Assembly: GCA_965116885.1 (NCBI GenBank)
Contig: OZ220741.1
Coordinates: 2,752,001 to 2,816,000 of the forward strand
Direction of reading: 5' to 3'
Length of the DNA stretch: 64,000 nucleotides
Source of the DNA: Candidatus Latescibacterota bacterium
GTDB lineage: Bacteria; Latescibacterota; UBA2968
The translations under genes and the position numbers were made by a program. Numbering within the stretch: position 1 is the first letter of the stretch; every line of letters begins with the position of its first letter. Of the stretch, positions 10,177 to 20,194 are shown in pieces. Below the pieces are notes generated by a model. It was not told the DNA's origin. It did no database searches and worked only from the letters and a program-made list of their open reading frames with translations.

Positions 10177-11697
10177 TTATCGTCCTTCTTCTTCCCAGCG
10201 GCGAATTACAATTTTGGGATCGAAGTAGGTGTTGTTCGGATAAAAATCGGGCAGCGATGAGCGATCCCCCTGTATTGCACCTTCCAGATGCAATAGTGCG
10301 AGTGGTAGCGCGGTATCGATATTCGTTTCGCCTTCCCGACTATCTGAGACAATCAGGCCATTTACCTGATATTGCCGCAGCAATTGTTCTCCGAGAGAGG
10401 TGGCGGATTGCAGTAGCGCATTATCGCCTGTTGCCGAGTGGAGTTCTAATAAACCGAATAATGCACAGACGTCGTTTTGTCCTTTGTTTACCCACGCTTC
10501 ATCACTTGCAGGCGATCCACCAGTTCCAAAATCCACAGGCGCGTTTAAGTCACCCCAGCCCATCCCCTGGGCTAAGGAAAAAGCCATTTCTCGAAAACGA
10601 TCAATGCCGGTCAGATGGTATGCCCGCGCGTAAGATAAGAACATCAGTCCATTTGCAGGGACTTTTCTCAGTTTTGTGGGCGGACAATAGCCGATTCCTT
10701 CATTGCTATTTTCTGGATAGAGGCGGGTGCCGTCATTGATTGCGGGATAAAAGCTGTGGTCGTCGATATTATAACAGTGGGTTGCCAGGGCTTCTAAATC
10801 CGCGGTTACCACATCGAGAAATGCTTTGCCTTTTTCACTGCCCAGGATTTCCGCGGCGTTGAGAAAGGTGACGGCGGCTCGTCCGTATCGAACCTGGATC
10901 ACGCCGTTGGTGATAACTGTTACTTCGTTGATATCTGTCCGTTCGCTAAACGGCGGTTTGAACGACTCCCGGACCCGACAGGGGTCGCGGTGATTAAACT
11001 GATATCCCGCCAATCCCACCTCGGGGTGTCGAATTTGATCGTATCGGGAAAGTAGATGTTTTGCCCATCTCAAGGGCGTTTCATCGCCTGAGAGTGCGTG
11101 TAGCATTGCCCCGCTCAGGATTAAATCGCTTCCCGTGTTGACAAAGGAGAGCGCGGTATTTTCCACAATTGGCAATGGGCTTCCTTCAAATTCCACATCC
11201 CACTTTTCTTCCCACGCTTCGTAGATTCCGTGTCGGTTAAAGAGCAAGGTGGGCCAATCCCAGATATGCGCGTGCCAGACGGCTTTGATAAAGCGGCGCA
11301 TGCGTTCGGGATGAACTTTATAGAGGTACGCATAATGCGGATAGACGCACTTCATTTCGTGATTGCCCAGTACTGGCGCGTCTGTTAAGAGATCGTAACT
11401 GGTATGGCCGCCCCAGTAAAATAGGTCGGATTCCGGATCGTGAATTTTATCCAGCGCACAGCCAATCCATTCGTCTGCCCGTCTGTGGTATTTGTCGTTC
11501 CCTGTTAGTGTTCCCAATGCATCCAGCACCCGCAAAAAATTCTGCTGACACGCGAGATTGGACAGCATATTTCCCTCCCATATCAGCGGCTGTGCGGCTG
11601 ATAGGTCGAGTCCGTCTGCCAGTAACGCCCTATCTTTGTGTGTACAGCGCGCAAATACTTCCTGTACGTGTTTATCTACTGCATCGATAAATCCCAT
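10177..11697 (-). CDS. Polysaccharide lyase family 2 (pectate lyase PelW/PL2)-like protein, no signal peptide
   Basis: SNLACQQNFLR, YWGGH, HEMK, AHIWDW, NRHG and FVNTGSDLI match my recollection of PL2 conserved blocks. Confidence 0.75.
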   Translation of the reverse strand: MGFIDAVDKHVQEVFARCTHKDRALLADGLDLSAAQPLIWEGNMLSNLACQQNFLRVLDALGTLTGNDKYHRRADEWIGCALDKIHDPESDLFYWGGHTSYDLLTDAPVLGNHEMKCVYPHYAYLYKVHPERMRRFIKAVWHAHIWDWPTLLFNRHGIYEAWEEKWDVEFEGSPLPIVENTALSFVNTGSDLILSGAMLHALSGDETPLRWAKHLLSRYDQIRHPEVGLAGYQFNHRDPCRVRESFKPPFSERTDINEVTVITNGVIQVRYGRAAVTFLNAAEILGSEKGKAFLDVVTADLEALATHCYNIDDHSFYPAINDGTRLYPENSNEGIGYCPPTKLRKVPANGLMFLSYARAYHLTGIDRFREMAFSLAQGMGWGDLNAPVDFGTGGSPASDEAWVNKGQNDVCALFGLLELHSATGDNALLQSATSLGEQLLRQYQVNGLIVSDSREGETNIDTALPLALLHLEGAIQGDRSSLPDFYPNNTYFDPKIVIRRWEEEGR

Positions 11698-11852
11698 GAT
11701 TGTTCTCCTTGTCCCGGTTAAAACAATTATAGCTCCAATAGACGAAATATCAAAGTGCTCTCACATCCGCTCAACAATCGACTTGACATTGTTTATCACA
11801 GCAAGCATAAATACGTCTCACTTTTTATTTACCAACTACTTTTGGAGGTCAC

Positions 11853-12803
11853 ATGTTAAAAGCCGGATTTATCGGAGCTGGGGGACGCAGTCAGGGCGCG
11901 CATTATCCAAATGTTCATCGCCTGGAGCGTGATGTCGAGATGTGCGCGGTTTGCGAACTCGATGAGGAACGCCTGGATCAGGTTGCAAAAAAATACGAGT
12001 TTCCGCAAGTATATACAGATCACAAGAAGATGCTCGATGAAGCCGACCTCGATGTGATCTATTGCGTTATGAATGAAAAATGGATTTTGCAGACGGCTAT
12101 TGATTGTATGAATGCGGGCAAACACATTTTTATTGAAAAACCACCCGGCGCGAATCTCGAAGAGACCGAGCAATTGCTCGAAGCGGCTGTGTCCAATAAT
12201 GTGTTCGCTATGGTTGGGTTTCAGCGGCGTTATACAGCGGTTACGCGCGAGGCCATGCGCCTCGTGGCAGAAAAAGGTCCCGTTTCATCCATTGTTACGA
12301 CATTTAACAAACAGATGCTCGGTGGCGATGGCAAAGAATTTACTTCTACATTGTGGAATGATGTCTGCCATATTGTCGATCTCACGCGCTATATGGCCGG
12401 GAGTGAACCCGTGGAGGTGTCCGCCTATCAGGACAAATTTGGTGGGGAGAGCTATAATAATTACACGGCTCTCATACGCTTTGAGAATAATGCAACGGGT
12501 GTCATTTTGGGCAATCGCGCTTCTGGTGGGCGCGTGCTGCGCTCTGAATTGCACGGCGTGGGTATTGGGTGTTATATGAAGATTCCCCAGGAAATCGAGA
12601 TTCACGAAGACAATCAGGTGCGTACCCTGGGGGGATGGGAGATTGATGGTGGGGAGGAGGAAGATGTCGCCAGTTACGAGGGCGTTTTGACGATGCACCA
12701 GCATTTTGTCGATTGTATCAATAAAAACGAGGTGCCTCACAACGACCTGCGAGATGTTATCCATTCCATCCGTCTGGTGGATCAACTCGAAGCTAAGGAG
12801 TAA
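11853..12803 (+). CDS. Gfo/Idh/MocA family oxidoreductase
   Basis: GFIGAG, HIFIEKP, GFQRRY. Confidence 0.92.
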   Translation: MLKAGFIGAGGRSQGAHYPNVHRLERDVEMCAVCELDEERLDQVAKKYEFPQVYTDHKKMLDEADLDVIYCVMNEKWILQTAIDCMNAGKHIFIEKPPGANLEETEQLLEAAVSNNVFAMVGFQRRYTAVTREAMRLVAEKGPVSSIVTTFNKQMLGGDGKEFTSTLWNDVCHIVDLTRYMAGSEPVEVSAYQDKFGGESYNNYTALIRFENNATGVILGNRASGGRVLRSELHGVGIGCYMKIPQEIEIHEDNQVRTLGGWEIDGGEEEDVASYEGVLTMHQHFVDCINKNEVPHNDLRDVIHSIRLVDQLEAKE

Positions 12804-13786
12804 ATGTGCTCGGGTGAGTCAACGAGTTCGCCCGCAGCCTCTAATACTTCGATGCCCGCATCTTTTTTGTATGCGTTTTCGCTGATGTATCGCCGCCAGG
12901 CTTTTGCACCCGGTACACCGGTAAATAGCCCTATGAGATGTCGCGCTATATGGTGCAAGCGCGTACCGCGTTTGAGTTGGTGGGAAATGTATGGCAAATA
13001 CGCGTGCAAAATTTCATGCCGAGATGGTATTGGGCGTGTTTCGCCAAAAAATCGATGGTCGGCATCGGATAGAAAATAGGGGTTTGAGTAGGCTTCCCGC
13101 CCGATCATCACGCCATCGACATGCGCCAGATGTTCGGCGGCTTCGTCGAGCGATGTAATCCCCCCGTTGATCACGACGTTCAGATCTGGAAAGTCGCGTT
13201 TGATGCGATAGACTATGTCGTAAGACAATGGGGGAATTTCTCTGTTTTCTTTGGGACTCAGACCCTGAAGCCATGCTTTGCGGGCGTGAAACGCAAAGAT
13301 ACGGCATCCCGATTCGGCAACGGTCTGGACAAAATGCACCAGTTCTTCGTAAGAGTCGCGATTGTCAACGCCAATTCGCGTTTTCACGGTTACGGGAATA
13401 TTCACCGCGTCGCGCATTGCGCTTACACCATCGCGCACCCGTTCGGGGTCTTTCATCAAATACGCCCCAAAAAGTCCTGATTGCACGCGGTCGCTCGGGC
13501 ATCCCACATTTAGATTGATCTCATCATATCCCCAGTCTTCACCCACTCTGGCGCACAGTGCGAGGTCGGCGGGGTCGCTTCCGCCCAGTTGCAGTGCTAT
13601 GGGGTGTTCAATCGGATCAAATCCCAATAAACGCGTGCGGTCGCCGTGTATGATTGCGCCGGTGGCAACCATTTCGGTGTATAGCAAAACCCGTTTGGTG
13701 ATCAGGCGCAAAAAATACCGCTCGTGCCGATCTGTACAATCCATCATGGGCGCGATTGAAAATCGCCTGCTATGTCCAATAGCCAT
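12782..13786 (-). CDS. dusA: tRNA dihydrouridine(20/20a) synthase DusA
   Basis: APMM, QLGGSDP, NLNVGCPSDRVQSG, GLSPKENREIPPL; start uncertain (13786 or 13798). Confidence 0.93.
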   Translation of the reverse strand: MAIGHSRRFSIAPMMDCTDRHERYFLRLITKRVLLYTEMVATGAIIHGDRTRLLGFDPIEHPIALQLGGSDPADLALCARVGEDWGYDEINLNVGCPSDRVQSGLFGAYLMKDPERVRDGVSAMRDAVNIPVTVKTRIGVDNRDSYEELVHFVQTVAESGCRIFAFHARKAWLQGLSPKENREIPPLSYDIVYRIKRDFPDLNVVINGGITSLDEAAEHLAHVDGVMIGREAYSNPYFLSDADHRFFGETRPIPSRHEILHAYLPYISHQLKRGTRLHHIARHLIGLFTGVPGAKAWRRYISENAYKKDAGIEVLEAAGELVDSPEHIYSLASS

Positions 13787-13798
13787 ATAAAAACTCAA

Positions 13799-13838
13799 TA
13801 AAAAAACGAGTCGATCACATGGGCAACCGACTCGTTTT
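13799..13838 (-). terminator. Intrinsic terminator after the HPR gene
   Basis: Minus strand AAAACGAGTCG...CGACTCGTTTTTTT. Confidence 0.75.
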
Positions 13839-13857
13839 GGATTAATACCAGTGTTTG

Positions 13858-15003
13858 TTATGCATAAGCGGAAAGCCCGACTTCACTTGCATTGACAATA
13901 CTGGGGGCTGCCTGCGGCGGGTTGTCGCCGAGGAAGGGCAACACATCGTCCGGGTCTTGCCATGCGCCATATCCATTCAGAACACCAGCCACATTTGAGG
14001 CCGCCAAAGTGGCCATTCCCGAACGGGTCCAGATGGTCGCCGATGCAATATGTGGCACAATGACCACATTGGGCAACTCTTTAAGCCCGGGTTTCATCAG
14101 GGGTTCGTCTTCAAACACATCGAGGCCGACTTTGAAATCGGGATGGGTTTTGCAGTGTTCGACCAGGGCGACTTCGTCAATGACCGGGCCTCGGCTGGCG
14201 TTGATGAGAATCGCATTGTCCTTCATCAGTGAAAGACGCTCGGTATTCATCAAGTGGAAGGTGGTGTCATCCAATAGCGGGTGCAAGCTCACCACGTCTG
14301 CAACCCTCAATACGTCTTCGACCGAGTCCAAACGCCGGCAGGTTACGGGTTCATCGCCCTGAGCTTTTAAGAATTCGCCATAAGCAGCGATGTAATTTTC
14401 CATGTATTCATTGGGATATGGGTCAAAATAGACCACGTTCATCTTGAACCCTTCGGACATCATTTTGGCATACGCACAGCCGATGCGACCAGCGCCGATT
14501 ACGCCGACTGTTTTCCCGGTCATCAATTCACCCAGATAAAGCGTGGGCAACCAGCCGTGATATTTTTCGGCGCGCATAAAAGCATCGGCTTCGATTACCC
14601 GCCGCGCCGCTGAAAAGGTGAGGGAGATGGCCATTTCCGCGGTGGTTTCGGTCAATACGCCCGGGGTATTGCCCACTGGTATGCCGTATTTTGTCGCTAT
14701 GCCAACATCCACATTATTGTATCCCACAGCATAGTTGGAATACGCTTTGCCACCTGCATTCTTGAGGACGGTGAATAGTTCTTCTCCCCACTTTTCCGTC
14801 AACTGTCCGATTACGCCATCGCATTGATCGCCGATTTTGTCTGCGATCTCTTCGACACTCAAAATTTCCGTTGATGTGCCAATCTCTATGCGGCAGTCAG
14901 CGGCCGTGAGAATCTCAAGCCAACGGTCGCCAGGCAATTCTTTGGTTACGACTACGCGCTTGCTGCCCGATTCGTTGTGTGTTCTCCAGTCATTGGTGCT
15001 CAA
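13858..15003 (-). CDS. D-glycerate dehydrogenase / hydroxypyruvate reductase (plant HPR1-like)
   Basis: CDGVIGQLTE, AVGYNNVDV, GAGRIG, INASRG, DVFEDEP, PHIASA; TTG start with AGGAGG. Confidence 0.88.
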   Translation of the reverse strand: MSTNDWRTHNESGSKRVVVTKELPGDRWLEILTAADCRIEIGTSTEILSVEEIADKIGDQCDGVIGQLTEKWGEELFTVLKNAGGKAYSNYAVGYNNVDVGIATKYGIPVGNTPGVLTETTAEMAISLTFSAARRVIEADAFMRAEKYHGWLPTLYLGELMTGKTVGVIGAGRIGCAYAKMMSEGFKMNVVYFDPYPNEYMENYIAAYGEFLKAQGDEPVTCRRLDSVEDVLRVADVVSLHPLLDDTTFHLMNTERLSLMKDNAILINASRGPVIDEVALVEHCKTHPDFKVGLDVFEDEPLMKPGLKELPNVVIVPHIASATIWTRSGMATLAASNVAGVLNGYGAWQDPDDVLPFLGDNPPQAAPSIVNASEVGLSAYA

Positions 15004-15054
15004 AATACATCCTCCTTATAAGTATGCGTTCTGTTCAGAAAATTGCGAATGTGA

Positions 15055-15083
15055 AATATAACCAACCAGATCGTTTGTTTCAA
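15055..15083 (-). promoter_or_regulatory. Sigma70-type promoter for the HPR gene
   Basis: TTGAAA-17bp-TATATT on minus strand. Confidence 0.65.
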
Positions 15084-15120
15084 GAAAATCTCGTTTTGCG
15101 TTAGAGGCTGGCGGTTGGTA

Positions 15121-18100
15121 CTAAGCGTTTTCGACTATAGGCTCGATATCGAGAACCTCGCGGTCGAGTTTGGGGGGCGTTCCTTTGCCGTTGAGCCAGT
15201 AGTTCGCCATTTCTCTGGCAGCGGCCATTTTGGGCCAGATCACCTCGCGGTAGCCCCGCACATCGTCGGGGAGGCGCAGTGCTTTTACATAAGTATCATA
15301 TCGCTCTGTACTGTCAAAATCAAAATTATCTACGAGATCAATATACCAATCGCGATAGTTTTTTTCTTCGCGATGCCAGGCCGGTAACCTGCGTAAAAAA
15401 CGCGCGCGCTTCATGAGATTGAGCATCCAGTCGCGGGTTTGAATATCGAATTTGATGTCCAGTCCCAGGACGGTGAAATGCGGCCGGGTTAGATGTCTGT
15501 AAGAAATCCGGTCGCCGCGACTGGGATCGACATCATAACGCGTGCGATCGCGGCGGTACTTTTCTTCGCTCGTCAATAGATGAGCCACATAGATTTCGTC
15601 TTTATAGGCCATCACGCGGGCGAGAAAGCGCACGACAGCATCGGTTGCGCGATACTGATGTTGGGCATTATCGCGGTCGTAAATCCTTTTTACGCGGACG
15701 ATATAAGACTGTGCGTATTCGATGCCGCCCCATTGAATGAGATCGTAAACGCCGAGGGCGAATTGCAATTTTGTCGCGTCGGAAAGAGACCAGTCGGCGA
15801 CTGTCTCTGAGAGGACGCGATAGGCCTCGGCCAATTTGTCGCCCCGCGTTTTTGTCAAAATTTCCGCTTTGTCGTCAATGAGGCCCCTGTATGTGGTTAC
15901 GAGTTTGGGCTTGAAAAATGCATCGGGATCCAGCGCGGCTTTGCGCCCCATCTCAAATGCTTTGAGATTGGCTTCGAGTTCATTCGATTTGATATTTTGT
16001 TTCATCGCCCACTGGATATTTTCCAGCGTAAGGGGCAGTGCGCCCCGTTGAAATGCCGCGCCCAACAATATGCTATTGGCATAGATTTTATTGCCCAAAT
16101 ACCGTTCGGATATTTCGCCGAGGTCCATCCCAAAATACGTGTCGGGATTGGTATAACGCCGCAACAGATCCTCCAGATGATCCGTATCAAAATCGTCTCG
16201 TCCTATCATAGACAAAATGGTTTCGCGTTTGCCGGTTTCCACGACGGCTGTGGTGCGCTGAGGGCTGCCCACGCGGCCGGTTCCATTTGGATCTAACCCG
16301 CGCACGGCCTCCAGAATATCCAATCCCAACAGCAAGTCTGCATGCCCGTAGGGCGTCAATTGCGAAATTACCCGCTCGTCTTTGGTAAAACTGACGTGTG
16401 AATACACGCCGCCATTGCGGATAGCCAGTCCTTTTTTGTTGGTGAAGCGCACGGTGTATCCCTGCTTTGCGCCTGCAACGGCGATAATCGCAGAAATGGT
16501 ATTGATGCCCATGCCGCCTACGCCGGCCACATACGCGTACCACGCTGTATCAAAGTCGCGGGATTTGGGTTCGGGAATATCCGATAGATCAATCGACTCG
16601 GTTTGCACCTCGGGCGCGCGTGATCGGTGAATTGTCAGATGTTCAAAAGAGGGACACGTTTTATCGCCATTTGCAACTTCGACTTTTGTACACGCGCCAT
16701 CGGCAACGCACAAAGACAGATCGGTCGCGACCTTTGGACCGTGAAGCGATTCTTCTACGGTCAAGCCGCTACATCCGGTTGCTTGCGTGCATTCCAGACA
16801 ATATTCACAGACCTCTGGCGTGATGTTGATGTGGGTCTCTTCCGACAGAAATCCCTTTTCTCGAACGGTTTGGATCTGCTCTGCGCGCACGCGGCGGTGA
16901 TATGTGATGCCGCACTCTTTGTCGGCTATGACAATTTTGACGCCGTCTTCTATAAGTGCTTGTTCCAGGACATCGCGATACGCCTCCCGATTTTCTGGAT
17001 TCATGCGGGCGACCATCACCGGACCATTTGTGCCGCCCCCCAAACCGCTCACGACCTGTTCGATATCCTGGGCAAAGGTCGGACGTCCCATCAGGTCAAT
17101 ATCTACTCCTGGCGTGGGCTGATGCCCCGTCATTGCCGTGGTTTTATTGTCTAAGATGACATAGGTAATATCTTGCCCGTGTTTGATCGAATCGGAAATC
17201 GCCGCCATTCCACTGTGGAAAAATGTCGAATCGCCCATGAATACGAGTTGTTTGTTGTCGATAAAAGGATCGATACCGGCACCCGTGCCACCACCGAGCC
17301 CCATTCCAGACAAATTGTGCATCAGCCGGTTAAATGGCTCGTATTTCAATAGGGAATAACATCCGATATCTCCGTGAAAAATCAGATCCATCGAATCTGT
17401 GCCGTGCTTGCGCTGCATGTAATCGCCATCTTGAAAATCGTCAATCATCTTGTCCAGCACACTGGCTGAATCTCGGTGCGGGCAGCCCGGGCAAAACGAG
17501 GGTGTGCGAACCGATGCGTTCAGGTCATAAGTTTCTGTCTGAGCCATCAAGGCGACAATAGCATCAATGCGCTCGGTATCTACGGGTACTGTGGGATCGT
17601 CGAGCGATTTCAACACTGGAGCCAGCACACTGAGTGTGATGCTCGGATTCAGGCCACAACTGTCGGGAAAACCGCGTCCATAGGGAAAGCGTTTGCCCCA
17701 TATCCGGAACGCATTTGTTTCGCCGGCTTGATACAGGTTTTGCAAGGCAGTGGCAATTTGTTCTTCCAGAAAGCCGCGTTTTTCTTCTACCACATAAATT
17801 TCATCGACCATATTTGTAAATTCGCGCAAAATTTCCGAATCAATTGGATAGGTAATCCCGTATTTCAAAATGGGAATGCTGCCCCCCAACCCAACCATAT
17901 TGAGCGCGTGTTCCAAATAACAATAGGCCAAACTGCTGGTGACAAAGCCGATCCGCTTTTTGCCAGAGTCTGGCCGATATAAAATTCGATTCAACCCGTA
18001 TTCTTTTGCGAGGGTGAGCAGCCTGGGAAAACGCTGCTCGAGGACCTCCTTTTCTTTTATCACAGTATGTGGCGGAATGATCACCCGATCATCTGGAGAA

Positions 18101-18729
18101 ATCGTCTGTGGATCCAGGCGGCTGGGATGGTTAAATGTTTTTTCGGGAAACTGGTTTGCGTGTACTTCGACCGTGCCCCCGCCATCTGCCTGGTTGGATG
18201 TCACGAGGTAGGCGATATAAAGCCGGGTTTTTTCCGACAACTCAAAGGCGACTTTGATCCAGTCTTTCATTTCCTGAAAGGTGCTGGGTTCGAATATGGG
18301 CATGTACAAATGTTTGGCGATAAAGCGAGAATCCGCGGGTACTTGTGTGCCCTCAGACCACGTATCATCGCCGAATACGGCAACCGCAGCAGCGCCTTCA
18401 CCCGTTCCAGCCATATTGCCCAGTGCCAGCGCGTCTGAAGCGACATGCGCGCCCACGCTTTTCATGACCGCGATGGCGCGAATAGATTCCATCTGCGCCC
18501 CATTGAGACGCGCTGCTCCCAGGGCTTCGTTGTTGGCAATTTGCACCATCACGCCTTTTTCTATCAACAACTCGCGGATGCGCTCTGCTGCATCAAATAC
18601 TTCTGCCACGGGCGAGCCGGGATATCCCGTCATCAATCCCATGCCGCCTTCGAGGCTGCCCTTGACAATCAGTTCATTGCCCGTAAAAATACCCGGGCCT
18701 TTTTCCAGTGTAAATCGAGGATCCATCAA
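15121..18729 (-). CDS. Fused indolepyruvate:ferredoxin oxidoreductase family protein (alpha+beta, DUF6537 C-terminus)
   Basis: GYPGSP, FCPGCPHR, GDIGC, GDSTFFHSG...N TPP motif, ferredoxin cysteines, GVGGMG, MAYKDEIYVA. Confidence 0.9.
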   Translation of the reverse strand: MMDPRFTLEKGPGIFTGNELIVKGSLEGGMGLMTGYPGSPVAEVFDAAERIRELLIEKGVMVQIANNEALGAARLNGAQMESIRAIAVMKSVGAHVASDALALGNMAGTGEGAAAVAVFGDDTWSEGTQVPADSRFIAKHLYMPIFEPSTFQEMKDWIKVAFELSEKTRLYIAYLVTSNQADGGGTVEVHANQFPEKTFNHPSRLDPQTISPDDRVIIPPHTVIKEKEVLEQRFPRLLTLAKEYGLNRILYRPDSGKKRIGFVTSSLAYCYLEHALNMVGLGGSIPILKYGITYPIDSEILREFTNMVDEIYVVEEKRGFLEEQIATALQNLYQAGETNAFRIWGKRFPYGRGFPDSCGLNPSITLSVLAPVLKSLDDPTVPVDTERIDAIVALMAQTETYDLNASVRTPSFCPGCPHRDSASVLDKMIDDFQDGDYMQRKHGTDSMDLIFHGDIGCYSLLKYEPFNRLMHNLSGMGLGGGTGAGIDPFIDNKQLVFMGDSTFFHSGMAAISDSIKHGQDITYVILDNKTTAMTGHQPTPGVDIDLMGRPTFAQDIEQVVSGLGGGTNGPVMVARMNPENREAYRDVLEQALIEDGVKIVIADKECGITYHRRVRAEQIQTVREKGFLSEETHINITPEVCEYCLECTQATGCSGLTVEESLHGPKVATDLSLCVADGACTKVEVANGDKTCPSFEHLTIHRSRAPEVQTESIDLSDIPEPKSRDFDTAWYAYVAGVGGMGINTISAIIAVAGAKQGYTVRFTNKKGLAIRNGGVYSHVSFTKDERVISQLTPYGHADLLLGLDILEAVRGLDPNGTGRVGSPQRTTAVVETGKRETILSMIGRDDFDTDHLEDLLRRYTNPDTYFGMDLGEISERYLGNKIYANSILLGAAFQRGALPLTLENIQWAMKQNIKSNELEANLKAFEMGRKAALDPDAFFKPKLVTTYRGLIDDKAEILTKTRGDKLAEAYRVLSETVADWSLSDATKLQFALGVYDLIQWGGIEYAQSYIVRVKRIYDRDNAQHQYRATDAVVRFLARVMAYKDEIYVAHLLTSEEKYRRDRTRYDVDPSRGDRISYRHLTRPHFTVLGLDIKFDIQTRDWMLNLMKRARFLRRLPAWHREEKNYRDWYIDLVDNFDFDSTERYDTYVKALRLPDDVRGYREVIWPKMAAAREMANYWLNGKGTPPKLDREVLDIEPIVENA

Positions 18730-18735
18730 TATCCT

Positions 18736-20109
18736 TTAAAATGCTGTGCTTCGCCATTCGGGATTGTAGATTTCGCCCGACATGGTCGAATGTACCAATT
18801 CGTAAACGCCGGTTCCGCGACGATCAAAAAATTCAAAGAGATACCGTCCCGACTTTTCGTAAATCCAGATATCTATGGCTTTTCCCATAGCTACCGATGT
18901 GGTATAGTCGCGCTCACTGGGCGGACCGTATTTGATATAAACGCGTCCTTGATCCGTATCTGATCCCCGCTTGCCCGGCTGCGATGTAAATGTATCATCG
19001 GAGTATTTCATGCGACTCATATGGTCTTGAAGCCGTTCATTTAAGGGCGTGCCCGGAGTTGGATCCAATTTTTTCCAAAATGCGTGGAGAAATTTCATTT
19101 TCGACGCCTGTGTTGGCAAAGATTCGTACATAGAGAGATCTCTTTCAGACGCAATGTGATGAATGGTTTGAAAATATCGCAATTGCTCCTGTTGCGCTTC
19201 GGTCAATTGTGGGTTTTCATTTTCATCTGAAAGGAGGAAGATTTTGCGTTTGTGCCGCACGTGTTCGCGCGTGCCGCGGTCAAATAACTCGACTTGCAAA
19301 TCGTACGCGCCGCCAGATAGTCCTTCTGTTTCCAGGATTTCTGTTTTTACCACGCTTTCTCCTGGCTTGAGCAATCGCTTTGCAGGATACGATTTGACAA
19401 CGACATCGGCGGTGTCGAGCAAACTGTATCCCAAAACAAATGAATCATTGGATTTGTCGGGCATGACCTTGAAGTTGTAAACCTCAAAGTAGATCTGAAT
19501 CGGCTTACCCGTGCGGAAGAACCGCGTTGTATTGGGCACGACGCGCCATCCATTTTTGACAAAGCGCCCGGCAGCTTCGGCTTTTTTTAATTCTGAAGCG
19601 AATACCACATCGCTTACGACCAACTCTGTGCCCTCAAAACGGCGCACGCGCATATCCCCTTCACAGGTGCCTGAAATATCTCCGTAAATGTCTTCGGCTG
19701 TCAGCGTCATTTTATAGGGACCCGGCGCGATGTCAAGGGCGATGATATCGCGTACCAGTGCGCCATCCTGTTTCAATTCTCGGATATTTGCCACCGAAAC
19801 ATTTCGCGTCCACAATTCTTGTACTGTGGGATTTCCCGCGGAATCTTGCATAGAAAGCTCAAAGTCAATTTGGGATACGTATTTGCCGTCTTCGGGTACA
19901 AACTGCAATTGTCGCGCATCGATCAATGTATAGACTTCCAGACGCGTGAGGTCTTGGGGTCCCCGAAATGCGGCAGTTTCGGCAAAAACGCGCAACTCAC
20001 CCTTTGAGTGCAAAGGCAGATCCCGATATATTGGCGCATCTTCTTGCCCGTATGCAGTTGCCCAAAAACAGGTGGCAACCATTGCTACATACCATTTTAT
20101 GGAACGCAT
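18736..20109 (-). CDS. Exported GWxTD domain-containing protein
   Basis: Signal peptide; FWKKLDPTPGTPLNE and GSDTDQGRVYIKYGPP. Confidence 0.85.
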   Translation of the reverse strand: MRSIKWYVAMVATCFWATAYGQEDAPIYRDLPLHSKGELRVFAETAAFRGPQDLTRLEVYTLIDARQLQFVPEDGKYVSQIDFELSMQDSAGNPTVQELWTRNVSVANIRELKQDGALVRDIIALDIAPGPYKMTLTAEDIYGDISGTCEGDMRVRRFEGTELVVSDVVFASELKKAEAAGRFVKNGWRVVPNTTRFFRTGKPIQIYFEVYNFKVMPDKSNDSFVLGYSLLDTADVVVKSYPAKRLLKPGESVVKTEILETEGLSGGAYDLQVELFDRGTREHVRHKRKIFLLSDENENPQLTEAQQEQLRYFQTIHHIASERDLSMYESLPTQASKMKFLHAFWKKLDPTPGTPLNERLQDHMSRMKYSDDTFTSQPGKRGSDTDQGRVYIKYGPPSERDYTTSVAMGKAIDIWIYEKSGRYLFEFFDRRGTGVYELVHSTMSGEIYNPEWRSTAF

Positions 20110-20194
20110 AACGATCCTCCAGGTGTATATACAACAATTCCCCGGCTGGAATTTAAGACAGTATAAAGAGTTGAGTGAATGGAATCAAGGGTTA

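Noticed and set aside
11783..11812. Promoter for the Gfo/Idh/MocA gene
   Set aside because: Perfect TTGACA, but the -10 (CATAAA) is weak, so it was not listed as a feature
12782..12803. 22-nt convergent overlap of dusA and the Gfo/Idh/MocA gene
   Set aside because: Short tail-to-tail overlaps are common; no further signal
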